Shown here one piece after another: positions 1-8,875 of a stretch of DNA of 56,159 bases. The translations under genes were made by a program, and so were the position numbers. The notes under the pieces were generated by a model. It saw only the letters and a list, made by a program, of their open reading frames with translations. It had not been told where the DNA came from and ran no database searches. Every line of letters starts with the position of its first letter. Positions within the stretch are counted from its first letter, which is position 1. Origin of the DNA: Clostridia bacterium (GTDB taxonomy: Bacteria > Bacillota > Clostridia > Oscillospirales > CAG-272); contig JAFVYY010000053.1 of assembly GCA_017508405.1 (NCBI GenBank), forward strand, positions 1 through 56,159, written 5' to 3'.

Positions 1-1
1 A

Positions 2-319
2 GGCAAGCTCATTGGCGTCATCATCGACATTCTGGAAGACATGGCTCTGGATATTGAAGATCTGGGCGAGAACGTTATGGAGTTCTCCGACGATGAGGTA
101 ACCTGCTTTTTACCTTATATGGATGAGGATGATGTGTTTGAGCTTGCAAAGATCGCTATTAAAAAGGGTGATGGAGTAACCTGCTTTTTACCTTACATGG
201 ACGAGGATGACGTATTCGAGCTTGCAAAGATTATGTACAACAGAGGAGAAGCCATAAAGGAACTTTTACCCTATATGGATGACGACGATGCTTCGTCCTT
301 TGTGAAGGAAAAGCTTTGA
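2..319 (+). CDS. Hypothetical acidic repeat protein, C-terminal fragment (5' end lies outside the window)
   Basis: Frame 2 is open from the window edge to TGA at 317-319. There are three copies of an LPYMD(E/D)DD..F..(A/V)K motif. A hairpin terminator follows. Confidence 0.6.
   Translation, partial: GKLIGVIIDILEDMALDIEDLGENVMEFSDDEVTCFLPYMDEDDVFELAKIAIKKGDGVTCFLPYMDEDDVFELAKIMYNRGEAIKELLPYMDDDDASSFVKEKL
98..253 (+). repeat. Tandem 78-nt in-frame coding repeat (2 full copies, 98-175 and 176-253, then a degenerate third)
   Basis: Both copies start gtaacctgctttttacctta and encode VTCFLPYMDEDDVFELAKI. The differences are mostly synonymous third-position changes. Confidence 0.8.
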
Positions 320-332
320 TATGCTTTAACGA

Positions 333-358
333 GGGCGGATTATATCCGCCTTCTTTAT
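333..358 (+). terminator. Rho-independent terminator
   Basis: Stem GGCGGAT (334-340), loop TAT, stem ATCCGCC (344-350), followed by a T-rich tract. Confidence 0.7.
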
Positions 359-376
359 TCTTTACTCTGGAAATTA

Positions 377-406
377 TTGACACAAAAGAGCCGTATGTGT
401 TAAAAT
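377..406 (+). promoter_or_regulatory. Sigma-A type promoter
   Basis: TTGACA at 377-382, 18-nt spacer, extended -10 TGtTAAAAT ending at 406. It sits 29 nt before the deacetylase start. Confidence 0.55.
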
Positions 407-434
407 AAAGAAAAATGATACTAAGGAGCTACCT

Positions 435-1295
435 ATGAGATACAATTTTTTAAGATTTCCCGACGGAAAAACAAAGGCTCTTACATTAAGCTATGACGAC
501 GGATGCAGACAGGATCTGCGTTTTTCCGATATAGTTTCAAAATACGGTCTTAAATGCACATTCAATCTTACAAGCTCGGAGGCTTGCGGAAACCGTGCTC
601 TTTCGGTTGACGAAATAAAGACTCATTTTCTTGACAGAGGACATGAAATTGCGGTACACGGATATTTTCACCGCGCTGAGGGACAGATAAGACCTATTGA
701 GGGAATTATAGACATTCTTGACTGCCGCCGTGAGCTTGAAGCAAAGTATGACAGAATCGTACGTGGTATGGCATATCCCGACAGCGGTATTACCGCATGG
801 GCAAGCACAACCTCCTATGACACAGTAAAAACCTATCTCAAGGATCTTGGTATAGTGTATTCCCGTACCCTCGGCGCAGATAACGATAGCTTCGCTCTCC
901 CTAAGGATTGGTACGCCTGGATGCCAAGCGCCCATCACGATAACCCCAACCTTGACAAATATATTGAAAAATTTATTTCAAGAGATTTGAACACAGGCTA
1001 TTGTTCATCAAGAGCGCCGTGGCTCTTCTACATCTGGGGACACAGCTTTGAATTTGACAACAAAGAGGGCGGATGGGAGCATGCAGAGGATTTTTGCAAG
1101 AAGCTTTCAGCCCTACCCGATGTATGGTACGCCACAAACATTGAGATCTACGATTATATTCAAGCATATAACTCTTTGATCTTCAGAGCGGATAATTCCG
1201 CCGTATACAATCCAAGCCTGATGACAGTTTGGTTTGACATAGACGGAACGCTTTACTCCGTAAAACCCGGTGAGACCCTTAAACTTAACAAGTAA
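435..1295 (+). CDS. Polysaccharide deacetylase family protein (NodB homology domain)
   Basis: LTLSYDDG and HGYFH motifs are typical of CE4 deacetylases. AAGGAG RBS lies upstream and a terminator follows. Confidence 0.75.
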   Translation: MRYNFLRFPDGKTKALTLSYDDGCRQDLRFSDIVSKYGLKCTFNLTSSEACGNRALSVDEIKTHFLDRGHEIAVHGYFHRAEGQIRPIEGIIDILDCRRELEAKYDRIVRGMAYPDSGITAWASTTSYDTVKTYLKDLGIVYSRTLGADNDSFALPKDWYAWMPSAHHDNPNLDKYIEKFISRDLNTGYCSSRAPWLFYIWGHSFEFDNKEGGWEHAEDFCKKLSALPDVWYATNIEIYDYIQAYNSLIFRADNSAVYNPSLMTVWFDIDGTLYSVKPGETLKLNK

Positions 1296-1297
1296 TT

Positions 1298-1326
1298 AAA
1301 AGCTGACGGTCACCGTCAGCTTTTTC
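1298..1326 (+). terminator. Rho-independent terminator
   Basis: Stem GCTGACGG, loop TCA, stem CCGTCAGC, then TTTTT. Confidence 0.8.
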
Positions 1327-1352
1327 CTTATTAAATAAATTTAATAAAACCC

Positions 1353-1381
1353 TTGACACGGATATGTTTTGTTGCTAAAAT
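1353..1381 (+). promoter_or_regulatory. Sigma-A type promoter
   Basis: TTGACA at 1353-1358, 17-nt spacer, TGcTAAAAT ending at 1381. Confidence 0.55.
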
Positions 1382-1397
1382 TAAGCGGGGTGATGAA

Positions 1398-2666
1398 ATG
1401 GAAAAGGATTTATATAAAACAAGTAGGACTATGTACATAATAGAAGCGGGCTTGGAGTATCTTATATCCATTCTTTTTGCCGACGCTTTTCTGGCAACGC
1501 TGACCTCGTCACTCGGCATATCTGATAGCCTTACGGGAATTATTTCGTCCTTTATTTCTCTTGGCTGCGTATTTCAGCTTATCGCTATGTTTATGAGCCG
1601 CGGAAGAGCAAAGAGAACTGTTATTATATTAAGCGTTTTTAATCAGCTTTTATTTATGTTCCTTTACGTTATACCGCTTACAAGCGGAGGAAAATCCTTC
1701 AAGATAGCAATATTTGTCGTATGTATTTTTGTGGCTTATCTTATTTACAACATTGCCCACCCCAAAAAAATCAACTGGCTTATGTCCTTAGTGCCCGACG
1801 GACAGAGAGGCCGCTTTACAGCCACGAAGGAAATTATTTCCCTTATTATGGGTATGGCGTTCTCCTTTGGAATGGGTAGCGTAATAGATTACTATAAGGA
1901 AATAGGCGATATTCGTACTGCGTTTATAATTTGCGCCATAGTGGTATTTGTTCTTATGCTTATGCATACGGCAACGATGCTTCTGACAAGGGAGAAGCCT
2001 GTTGAACACGTTTTAGAGGACAGACATGAGATTTTAAACGTGCTTAAGGACAAAAACCTTATAAGAGTTTCCGTAATATTTCTGATTTGGTACATAGCAA
2101 CCTATGCGGCAAACCCCTTCTACGGCACATATCAGACCAAGGAACTTGGCTTCAGCCTCACCTTCGTTTCGGTTTTAAGTATCGTATCCGCCGTTGCAAG
2201 AGTAATTTCCTCAATATTTATGGGCTCATATGCAGATAAGCGCTCCTTTGCGAAAATGATTCGACTTTGCTTTTTAATAGCGGCTCTTGCATTCCTTTGC
2301 AATGTATTCTGTGTTCCCGAAAACGGAAAAATTCTATTTACGGCGTACAAGATCCTTTATTCAGTGGCTATGGGCGGAATCAACAGCGCTCTTATCAATC
2401 TTTGCTATGATTATGTTTCTCCGGAGAAGAGAGTACACGCTCTTGCCGTAACACAGGCTCTTGCAGGTCTTGCGGGCTTCTTCTCAACCCTTGTAACAAG
2501 CCTTTTGGTTGGAAAAATACAAGAAAACGGAAATTTATTCCTCGGTATGAGCCTATATGCTCAGCAGGTGGTATCCGCTATTGCCGTTATCCTTACTCTT
2601 GCGGTTATCACATACGTAAGCCTTACGCTGATTAAAGGCGCAAAGCTTAAAAATCAAAGCCGTTAA
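1398..2666 (+). CDS. MFS-type transporter (about 12 predicted TM segments)
   Basis: Long hydrophobic ORF with MFS-like topology. I moved the start to ATG 1398 (MEKDLYK) because the track start at 1353 lies inside the promoter. Confidence 0.65.
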   Translation: MEKDLYKTSRTMYIIEAGLEYLISILFADAFLATLTSSLGISDSLTGIISSFISLGCVFQLIAMFMSRGRAKRTVIILSVFNQLLFMFLYVIPLTSGGKSFKIAIFVVCIFVAYLIYNIAHPKKINWLMSLVPDGQRGRFTATKEIISLIMGMAFSFGMGSVIDYYKEIGDIRTAFIICAIVVFVLMLMHTATMLLTREKPVEHVLEDRHEILNVLKDKNLIRVSVIFLIWYIATYAANPFYGTYQTKELGFSLTFVSVLSIVSAVARVISSIFMGSYADKRSFAKMIRLCFLIAALAFLCNVFCVPENGKILFTAYKILYSVAMGGINSALINLCYDYVSPEKRVHALAVTQALAGLAGFFSTLVTSLLVGKIQENGNLFLGMSLYAQQVVSAIAVILTLAVITYVSLTLIKGAKLKNQSR

Positions 2667-2698
2667 GCTGTTAAATAAAGGGGATACGCAGATTTGTG

Positions 2699-2727
2699 TT
2701 GACAATATTGGCGTGTTCCTGTATAAT
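2699..2727 (+). promoter_or_regulatory. Sigma-A consensus promoter
   Basis: TTGACA at 2699-2704, 17-nt spacer, TATAAT at 2722-2727 preceded by TG. Confidence 0.65.
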
Positions 2728-2759
2728 ATATCTGTATTTAAAATTTAAGGAGGTAAAAT

Positions 2760-3521
2760 ATGTTACCCGAACCTCTGTTTTGGAAGGTGCATATGTACGG
2801 ATTAATGATAGGTGTGGGACTTGCCGCAGGCTTCATTATTCTTACGTATCTTTGCAAGAAAAAGAAAGTTGATGAAAAGTTTTCTGATTTTATGTTTATG
2901 AACGGAGTAGCGGCTGTGTTCCTCGGATTTTTATCAGGCGCACTCTTTCAGTCGGTTTACAATTATATCGAAAATCCCGATAGAGGATTTAAATTCGGCG
3001 ACAGTATGACGTTCCTTGGCGGTCTTATCGGCGGAGTGGTGTTCTTCCTTATTATCTATGCATTTATGAGAAAGAAATACACAACTCGTCTTTTCGAGGT
3101 GCTTTCAATAGTTCCTTGTGTTATTACCATTGCCCATGGCTTCGGACGTATTGGATGCTTTTTTGCAGGCTGCTGCTACGGTAAGCCTACGGACAGCTTC
3201 CTCGGTGTTACCTTTCCCGGACATACACAGGCGGTGCATCCCACACAGCTTTACGAGGCTGCGTTCCTATTCGTTCTTTTCGGATTATTTATGTTCTTAC
3301 TCCTAAAGTATGACTTCAAGTATAATTTTAACGTATATCTTATCGCCTACGGCACATTCAGATTCCTTTTGGAGTTTGTCCGCGGCGATCACAGAGGACA
3401 GCTTCTCGGATTTATATCACCGTCACAGACATGGTCCCTTTGTATGGTTCTTATCGGAGTCGGACTTATATTCCTTATGAAGAAATGGTATAAGGATAAG
3501 GAAGCAAGAGAAAGTAAATAA
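2760..3521 (+). CDS. lgt: Prolipoprotein diacylglyceryl transferase
   Basis: GRIGCFFAGCCYG and HPTQLYEA motifs and a polytopic membrane profile. AAGGAGG RBS upstream. Confidence 0.9.
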   Translation: MLPEPLFWKVHMYGLMIGVGLAAGFIILTYLCKKKKVDEKFSDFMFMNGVAAVFLGFLSGALFQSVYNYIENPDRGFKFGDSMTFLGGLIGGVVFFLIIYAFMRKKYTTRLFEVLSIVPCVITIAHGFGRIGCFFAGCCYGKPTDSFLGVTFPGHTQAVHPTQLYEAAFLFVLFGLFMFLLLKYDFKYNFNVYLIAYGTFRFLLEFVRGDHRGQLLGFISPSQTWSLCMVLIGVGLIFLMKKWYKDKEARESK

Positions 3522-3614
3522 AATACACGGTGATGCTGTAATAAGCGCAGACTGATACAGGACACATATTTCAAAAACGTTTGCTTACCAAAGCAATCAA
3601 GCAAAAATACGGCT

Positions 3615-3648
3615 GAGTACTTGCGAGCTTTCGCAAGTACTCTTTTTT
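3615..3648 (+). terminator. Rho-independent terminator
   Basis: 12-bp stem GAGTACTTGCGA / TCGCAAGTACTC with a 4-nt loop, followed by TTTTTT. Confidence 0.85.
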
Positions 3649-3679
3649 GTCCCGTAAATACCTTATTTTATCCCTGTTT

Positions 3680-3709
3680 TTGCCAAATTTTTATATGCCG
3701 TGATATACT
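3680..3709 (+). promoter_or_regulatory. Sigma-A type promoter giving a leader of about 160 nt
   Basis: TTGCCA at 3680-3685, 18-nt spacer, TGaTATACT ending at 3709. Confidence 0.45.
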
Positions 3710-3878
3710 GTAAACCGAAAAAGTAAAAACCAACTCAACTGAAAATTTAGATAATCTCAACTATCGGTTTGTGTACTAAGGAAGCATTTTGTGATAGAAT
3801 TAAATAAAGCATCAAACCGACTTATTGAAAAGAAGTACTGTATTCATAAAACGGCATTTACGGTAAGGAGATGATATA

Positions 3879-5711
3879 TTGAAAAAAGAAAAAGCAAAGA
3901 AAAAGAGCGACAAGCTGAGCTTTATTACGGTAATGGCTGATACCTGGTATGCCTTGAAAATGATAATGAAGACCTCGCCTATGTATATGATATTGGAGCT
4001 TGCGACAAATATAGTAGGTCAGTTTTTACGGTTCTTTTCCTCTACGTACGTATTAAGATACGTTATAAGCTCATTTGAAAAGGGCTTTGATTTTAAAACG
4101 GTAGCCATAGCGGTTCTTGCAATGCTGGCAATTCCCATGGCGGCGGATATGATTCTGACTCCCATTCAGACGATGTTTGATCTTCTTATGTTCAACAAGC
4201 TGGAAAGGAAGATGAAGATCCTCTTGGTGGAGAAGACCTCGTCAATGGAGCTTTCCTGCTATGAAACTCCGGAGTTTTACGATAAATACGTGCTTGCATC
4301 AAGAGATATACCATACAAGCTTTCGGGAATGGTGTGGTACGTTTCCGATTTGATTGGTACCGTTATCGGAATGATCCTTTACGGCTCTCTTTTATTTACA
4401 ATGGACCCTCTGTTTATTATTTTTGCAATCATACCCCTGTTTTCGGCATTTCTTAAGAAAAAGGGAAACGAGCTTTGGCATAAGCACACGAACGAGGATT
4501 CTATCCAGAACAGACGTGCCCAGTACGCACAGAGAATATTCTATTCTGCGGATTACGCCAAGGAGATGCGTCTTTCAAACGCTAAGGAATTTATGCTTGA
4601 GCGTTACGACAACGCATCCGACGGAAGAATGGATATAGTCAAGCGATACGGCTTCAAGGAGCTGCTTGTCGAGGTTACTACGTCAAGCCTTACGGAGGTA
4701 ATTTCCAACCCCCTCGCAATTATGTTTGCCGTGTTCCGCACCTTTGTTTCCGGTGTTCTCGGTATTGGTGACTGCGCTGTGGTGATTAATTCCGTAAACA
4801 GTCTTACGTCAACCTTTACCGGTATTACGAACAGATACTATTCTATCCACGGGGAGGCACTTTTCTTTGAGGATTTTAAAACCTTTATGGCTTATGAGCC
4901 AAAAATGAAGGATAAGGAAAACGCTATATCTCCCGAGAGAGGAACCATCAAGCTGGAAAACGTTTCCTTTAAATATCAGGGAAGTGATAAATACGTTCTT
5001 AAAAACGTAAATATGACCATTGGGAAAAATGAAAAGATAGCTCTTGTAGGTCATAACGGAGCGGGTAAAAGCACGCTTATTAAGCTTCTTCTGCGGCTTT
5101 ATGACCCTACGGAGGGAACAGTCAGCATTAGCGGAGTTGACGTGCGGGACTGTATTTCAAAGGAATACAGAGGTATGTTCAGCGTAGTGTTTCAGGATTT
5201 CAAGACTCTGGCTTTACCCGTATTCGAGAACGTGCTTATGCGTCCCCGTCGGGAGGGCGACACGGAAAGGGTTACGGATGCCCTAAAAAAGAGCGGAGTA
5301 TATAATAGAATAATGGAGCTTCCAAACGGTATTGAGACAATGCTTACAAAGGAATTTGACGAGGACGGAGCGGTACTTTCCGTTGGCGAAAGCCAGAAGC
5401 TCGCCATAGCTCACGCCTTTTTAAAGGACGCTCCCTACGTTATTCTTGATGAGCCTTCAAGCGCTCTTGACCCCATTGCGGAAAGCGAAATGTACTCAAA
5501 TATGATGAGAATGGGAGAAAATAAAGGAATGATATTTATTTCTCACCGTCTTTCAAGCGCGGTATCAGCAGACAGGATATATATGCTTGAAAACGGAGAG
5601 GTCGTTGAATATGGCTCCCACAAGGAGCTTATGGAGAAGAACGGCAAATACGCCGATATGTTCCGTAAGCAGGCGCAGAATTATATTGATTTGGAGGAGG
5701 GAGATAAATGA
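3879..5711 (+). CDS. ABC exporter, fused permease/ATP-binding subunit (type I, half transporter)
   Basis: N-terminal 6-TM region. Walker A GHNGAGKST, signature LSVGESQK, Walker B VILDEPSS, H-loop ISHR. TTG start lies 8 nt after AAGGAG. Confidence 0.85.
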   Translation: MKKEKAKKKSDKLSFITVMADTWYALKMIMKTSPMYMILELATNIVGQFLRFFSSTYVLRYVISSFEKGFDFKTVAIAVLAMLAIPMAADMILTPIQTMFDLLMFNKLERKMKILLVEKTSSMELSCYETPEFYDKYVLASRDIPYKLSGMVWYVSDLIGTVIGMILYGSLLFTMDPLFIIFAIIPLFSAFLKKKGNELWHKHTNEDSIQNRRAQYAQRIFYSADYAKEMRLSNAKEFMLERYDNASDGRMDIVKRYGFKELLVEVTTSSLTEVISNPLAIMFAVFRTFVSGVLGIGDCAVVINSVNSLTSTFTGITNRYYSIHGEALFFEDFKTFMAYEPKMKDKENAISPERGTIKLENVSFKYQGSDKYVLKNVNMTIGKNEKIALVGHNGAGKSTLIKLLLRLYDPTEGTVSISGVDVRDCISKEYRGMFSVVFQDFKTLALPVFENVLMRPRREGDTERVTDALKKSGVYNRIMELPNGIETMLTKEFDEDGAVLSVGESQKLAIAHAFLKDAPYVILDEPSSALDPIAESEMYSNMMRMGENKGMIFISHRLSSAVSADRIYMLENGEVVEYGSHKELMEKNGKYADMFRKQAQNYIDLEEGDK

Positions 5712-7498
5712 GCGAAAAAAAGCCTGATAAGGTTAAAATGTCACAAGCCGTAAGGAATACCTCCTTTATTCTCAAAATAGCCTTTAAAGCCTCTCCGGGA
5801 CTTTGCATAATGCGTCTTGTAATGGGGCTTCTGACGGGTCTTAATCACGGTGTGAATATTTATTTCATAAGTGAAATATTAAATTCCGTTGACATCGGTC
5901 TGCCAATAGAGCGGATATTTATGACTATAGGCTTTATGGCGGCTTACAATCTTGCTTATATTCTGTTCTATAATTGGCACTGGAAAATTTACAATCCGAA
6001 ATTCAAGCTTGATTTTATAAGAAGACTTCACAAGCGTTTCTTTGTAAAGGCTTGGGAAATGGACCTTGCCTGTTACGATACACCCGAGTTTTACAACGAT
6101 TTTATATACTCAATGCAAAACAGTGACAAGAGTATAATAGGAACTCTCGACCACGTATCCGATCTTTTGAGATGCTTTGTGGCGTCGGCTTCCGTTCTTG
6201 CTGTAATGCTTGACGTAAATTATATTGTGGCGCTGGTAATATTCGGCTTTGCCGTAGCGAATATGATAATAAGTATCCTTGAAAACGGTATTTACTATAA
6301 ATACAATCTGATAATGAATAAGGTATACCGCAAGGAATGGTATATTGACAGATTTTTCTCCCTTGCAGATTATGCTAAGGAAATAAGACTTACCGATATT
6401 TCGGAGAATATGATGGATGAGTATCATAAGAATAAGGATGAGGAAAGGAAGTATCATATACGTCAGAATTTAAGACTGACAGTGACCCGTACGGTGCGTA
6501 CCATTTTGCAGATCTGTGAGAATCTTTTCATAATTTTGTTTATGGCGTACCATCTTATGGTAACGGAAACGATTCTTATAGGCGGCTTTGCAGTAGCCAT
6601 AACCGCAGCAAATAAGCTTCGTGGTATGCTTTGGGAAATTCAGTACAGAATTACCCAGATGAGTAAAAACTCTCTCTTTGCCGATAAGGTGAGACGCTTT
6701 CTCGAAACCAAGTCAGAAATGGTGTCGGGAGATAAGATACTCAAAGAATTTGAAAGCCTTGAATTTAAAAACGTATGCTTTGCATATAAGGATAAAAACG
6801 TGCTTGAAAACGTAAGCTTTAAGGTAAATAAGGGAGAGCGTATCGCATTTGTAGGATATAACGGTGCCGGAAAGACCACTACGACCAAGCTTATAATGCG
6901 TCTTTACGACGTAACAAGCGGAGAAATACTTATAAACGGCATAAATATCAGGGAATACGATATAAACAGTCTTCGTGAAAAAATGGGAGCGGTTTTTCAG
7001 GATTATAAGGTGTTTGCCGCTACCGTTGCGGAAAACGTTCTTGCGGATAAGTATACTCCCGATAAGGAGCAAACGGTAATAAACGCTCTCAATGACAGCA
7101 CCTTTGGAGAAAAGCTAAGCACTCTTGACAAGGGAATAAATACGGAGCTTACCCGTGAATTCTACGATGACGGTACGGAGCTTTCCGGCGGTGAGAATCA
7201 AAAAATTGCAATTGCAAGAGTATTTGCCCATAATAATGAGCTTATAATTATGGATGAGCCCTCAAGCGCTCTGGACCCTATCGCCGAGTACAATCTTAAC
7301 GTAGGTATTGATAAAAACGCAAGGGATAAAACCGTGGTATTTATTACACACAGACTTTCAACCACCCGTCACGTAGATAGAATTTATATGTTCGAGTACG
7401 GAAAAATCACGGAGCAGGGAAGTCATAACGAGCTTATTTCACAAAACGGCAATTATGCCAAGATGTTTAACCTTCAAGCGGAAAAATATAAAGCGTAA
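5708..7498 (+). CDS. ABC exporter, fused permease/ATP-binding subunit (partner of the preceding gene)
   Basis: 4-nt ATGA overlap with the upstream gene. Walker A GYNGAGKTT, signature LSGGENQK, Walker B IIMDEPSS, H-loop ITHR. Confidence 0.85.
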   Translation: MSEKKPDKVKMSQAVRNTSFILKIAFKASPGLCIMRLVMGLLTGLNHGVNIYFISEILNSVDIGLPIERIFMTIGFMAAYNLAYILFYNWHWKIYNPKFKLDFIRRLHKRFFVKAWEMDLACYDTPEFYNDFIYSMQNSDKSIIGTLDHVSDLLRCFVASASVLAVMLDVNYIVALVIFGFAVANMIISILENGIYYKYNLIMNKVYRKEWYIDRFFSLADYAKEIRLTDISENMMDEYHKNKDEERKYHIRQNLRLTVTRTVRTILQICENLFIILFMAYHLMVTETILIGGFAVAITAANKLRGMLWEIQYRITQMSKNSLFADKVRRFLETKSEMVSGDKILKEFESLEFKNVCFAYKDKNVLENVSFKVNKGERIAFVGYNGAGKTTTTKLIMRLYDVTSGEILINGINIREYDINSLREKMGAVFQDYKVFAATVAENVLADKYTPDKEQTVINALNDSTFGEKLSTLDKGINTELTREFYDDGTELSGGENQKIAIARVFAHNNELIIMDEPSSALDPIAEYNLNVGIDKNARDKTVVFITHRLSTTRHVDRIYMFEYGKITEQGSHNELISQNGNYAKMFNLQAEKYKA

Positions 7499-7525
7499 GC
7501 TTGAATATTTTGAATAACTCACACA

Positions 7526-7560
7526 GGGCAGGGGATTTTACTCCTGCCCGCTTGTTTTTT
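7526..7560 (+). terminator. Rho-independent terminator
   Basis: Stem GGGCAGGGG / CTCCTGCCC, then a T-rich tail ending TTTTTT. Confidence 0.8.
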
Positions 7561-7647
7561 ATTAAATTAACTCGGCAAGACAAATAAAAGATCATAAATA
7601 AAAGTTTTGTGCAAATGTACAGTAAGTATACAAAATAGGAAAATCTG

Positions 7648-7676
7648 TTGACTAAATTATATATATATGCTATAAT
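7648..7676 (+). promoter_or_regulatory. Sigma-A consensus promoter
   Basis: TTGACT at 7648-7653, 17-nt spacer, TGcTATAAT with TATAAT at 7671-7676. Confidence 0.65.
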
Positions 7677-7752
7677 ATAAAAAAATGTGTCGATTTTATT
7701 GCTTGCCGATTTACGGCAAGCATTTAAAACGTTTTGATTTGAGAGGATAAGT

Positions 7753-8865
7753 ATGGATATATCAAGAGAGGTTTTTGATACCGTAGCGTCCTGTTTCCGC
7801 ATAGACGGTAAAATAGTTGACGTTGTCCCCATGACCAGCGGTATTATAAACAGAACTTTTAAGGTTACGGCTGATTCGAACGGCAATCTTAAGGATTACG
7901 TTTTTCAGCGTATCAATACGTTCGTTTTTAAACAGCCAAAATATATTATGAGTAACATTGAATACGTTACGCATCATATTTCCGATAAAATCGTTGAAAA
8001 CGGCCTTGATGCCGAGGGCGTTTTACATTTCCTTAAAACCGATAAGGATGTTAATTACGTTGATTTTTCAGAGGGCTTTTGGCGTGCGTATGAGTACGTT
8101 CCGAACAGCTATACGGTTAACACCTGCGAGGATTTTTCCAAGCTTAGATCGGCAGGCAAGGCATTTGGTAATTTTCAAAATATGCTTTCGGATTTTGACG
8201 CAACCAAGCTGTACGAAACCATTCCCGATTTTCATAATACAAGAGCCCGTGTAGAAGGATTTTTTGAAAAGGTGAAAAAGGATGAATGCGGCAGAGTTAA
8301 AGAGGTTGAAGCTGAAATCAAAGCAATTAAGGAGCTTATGCCCCTCGGCGTAAAGCTGAACGAGATGATCGATTCCGGAGAGCTTCCCTTGAGGGTTACA
8401 CATAACGATACGAAAATAAACAACGTACTCTTTGATATAACGACAAATGAAGCTAAAACAGTTATCGACCTTGATACCGTAATGCCGGGTCTTGTCGCTC
8501 ACGATTTTGGTGACGCCATCAGATTTGCCGCAAACAAATCTGCAGAGGATGAGCCCGATCTTACAAAGGTAGGGCTTGATATTGACAGATACAGAGCGTT
8601 CGCTGAGGGCTTTTTATCAGAGGTGGGCAATTCTCTTACGAAAAACGAAATCAAGACTCTTGCCCTTGGTGCATTTACAATGACCTATGAGCTTGTTGTA
8701 AGATTTCTTGACGATTACATATCCGGTGATAAATATTTTAAGACTCTTTATGAGGGTCACAATCTTGTGCGTACCCGTTGTCAGCTTGCTCTTACACAGG
8801 ATATGTATGAAAAACTTGACAAAATGAATAATGTAATATCGGAAATATCCGGAATCGAGTTTTAA
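7753..8865 (+). CDS. nahK: N-acetylhexosamine 1-kinase-like phosphotransferase (APH fold, NahK/LnpB family)
   Basis: Collinear with my recollection of Bifidobacterium NahK. Shared blocks are FWRAYEYV, FGNFQNMLSDFDA, LRVTHNDTKINNVLFD, IDLDTVMPG, DFGDAIRF and HNLVRTRCQ. Confidence 0.8.
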   Translation: MDISREVFDTVASCFRIDGKIVDVVPMTSGIINRTFKVTADSNGNLKDYVFQRINTFVFKQPKYIMSNIEYVTHHISDKIVENGLDAEGVLHFLKTDKDVNYVDFSEGFWRAYEYVPNSYTVNTCEDFSKLRSAGKAFGNFQNMLSDFDATKLYETIPDFHNTRARVEGFFEKVKKDECGRVKEVEAEIKAIKELMPLGVKLNEMIDSGELPLRVTHNDTKINNVLFDITTNEAKTVIDLDTVMPGLVAHDFGDAIRFAANKSAEDEPDLTKVGLDIDRYRAFAEGFLSEVGNSLTKNEIKTLALGAFTMTYELVVRFLDDYISGDKYFKTLYEGHNLVRTRCQLALTQDMYEKLDKMNNVISEISGIEF

Positions 8866-8875
8866 GGAGTAGATT

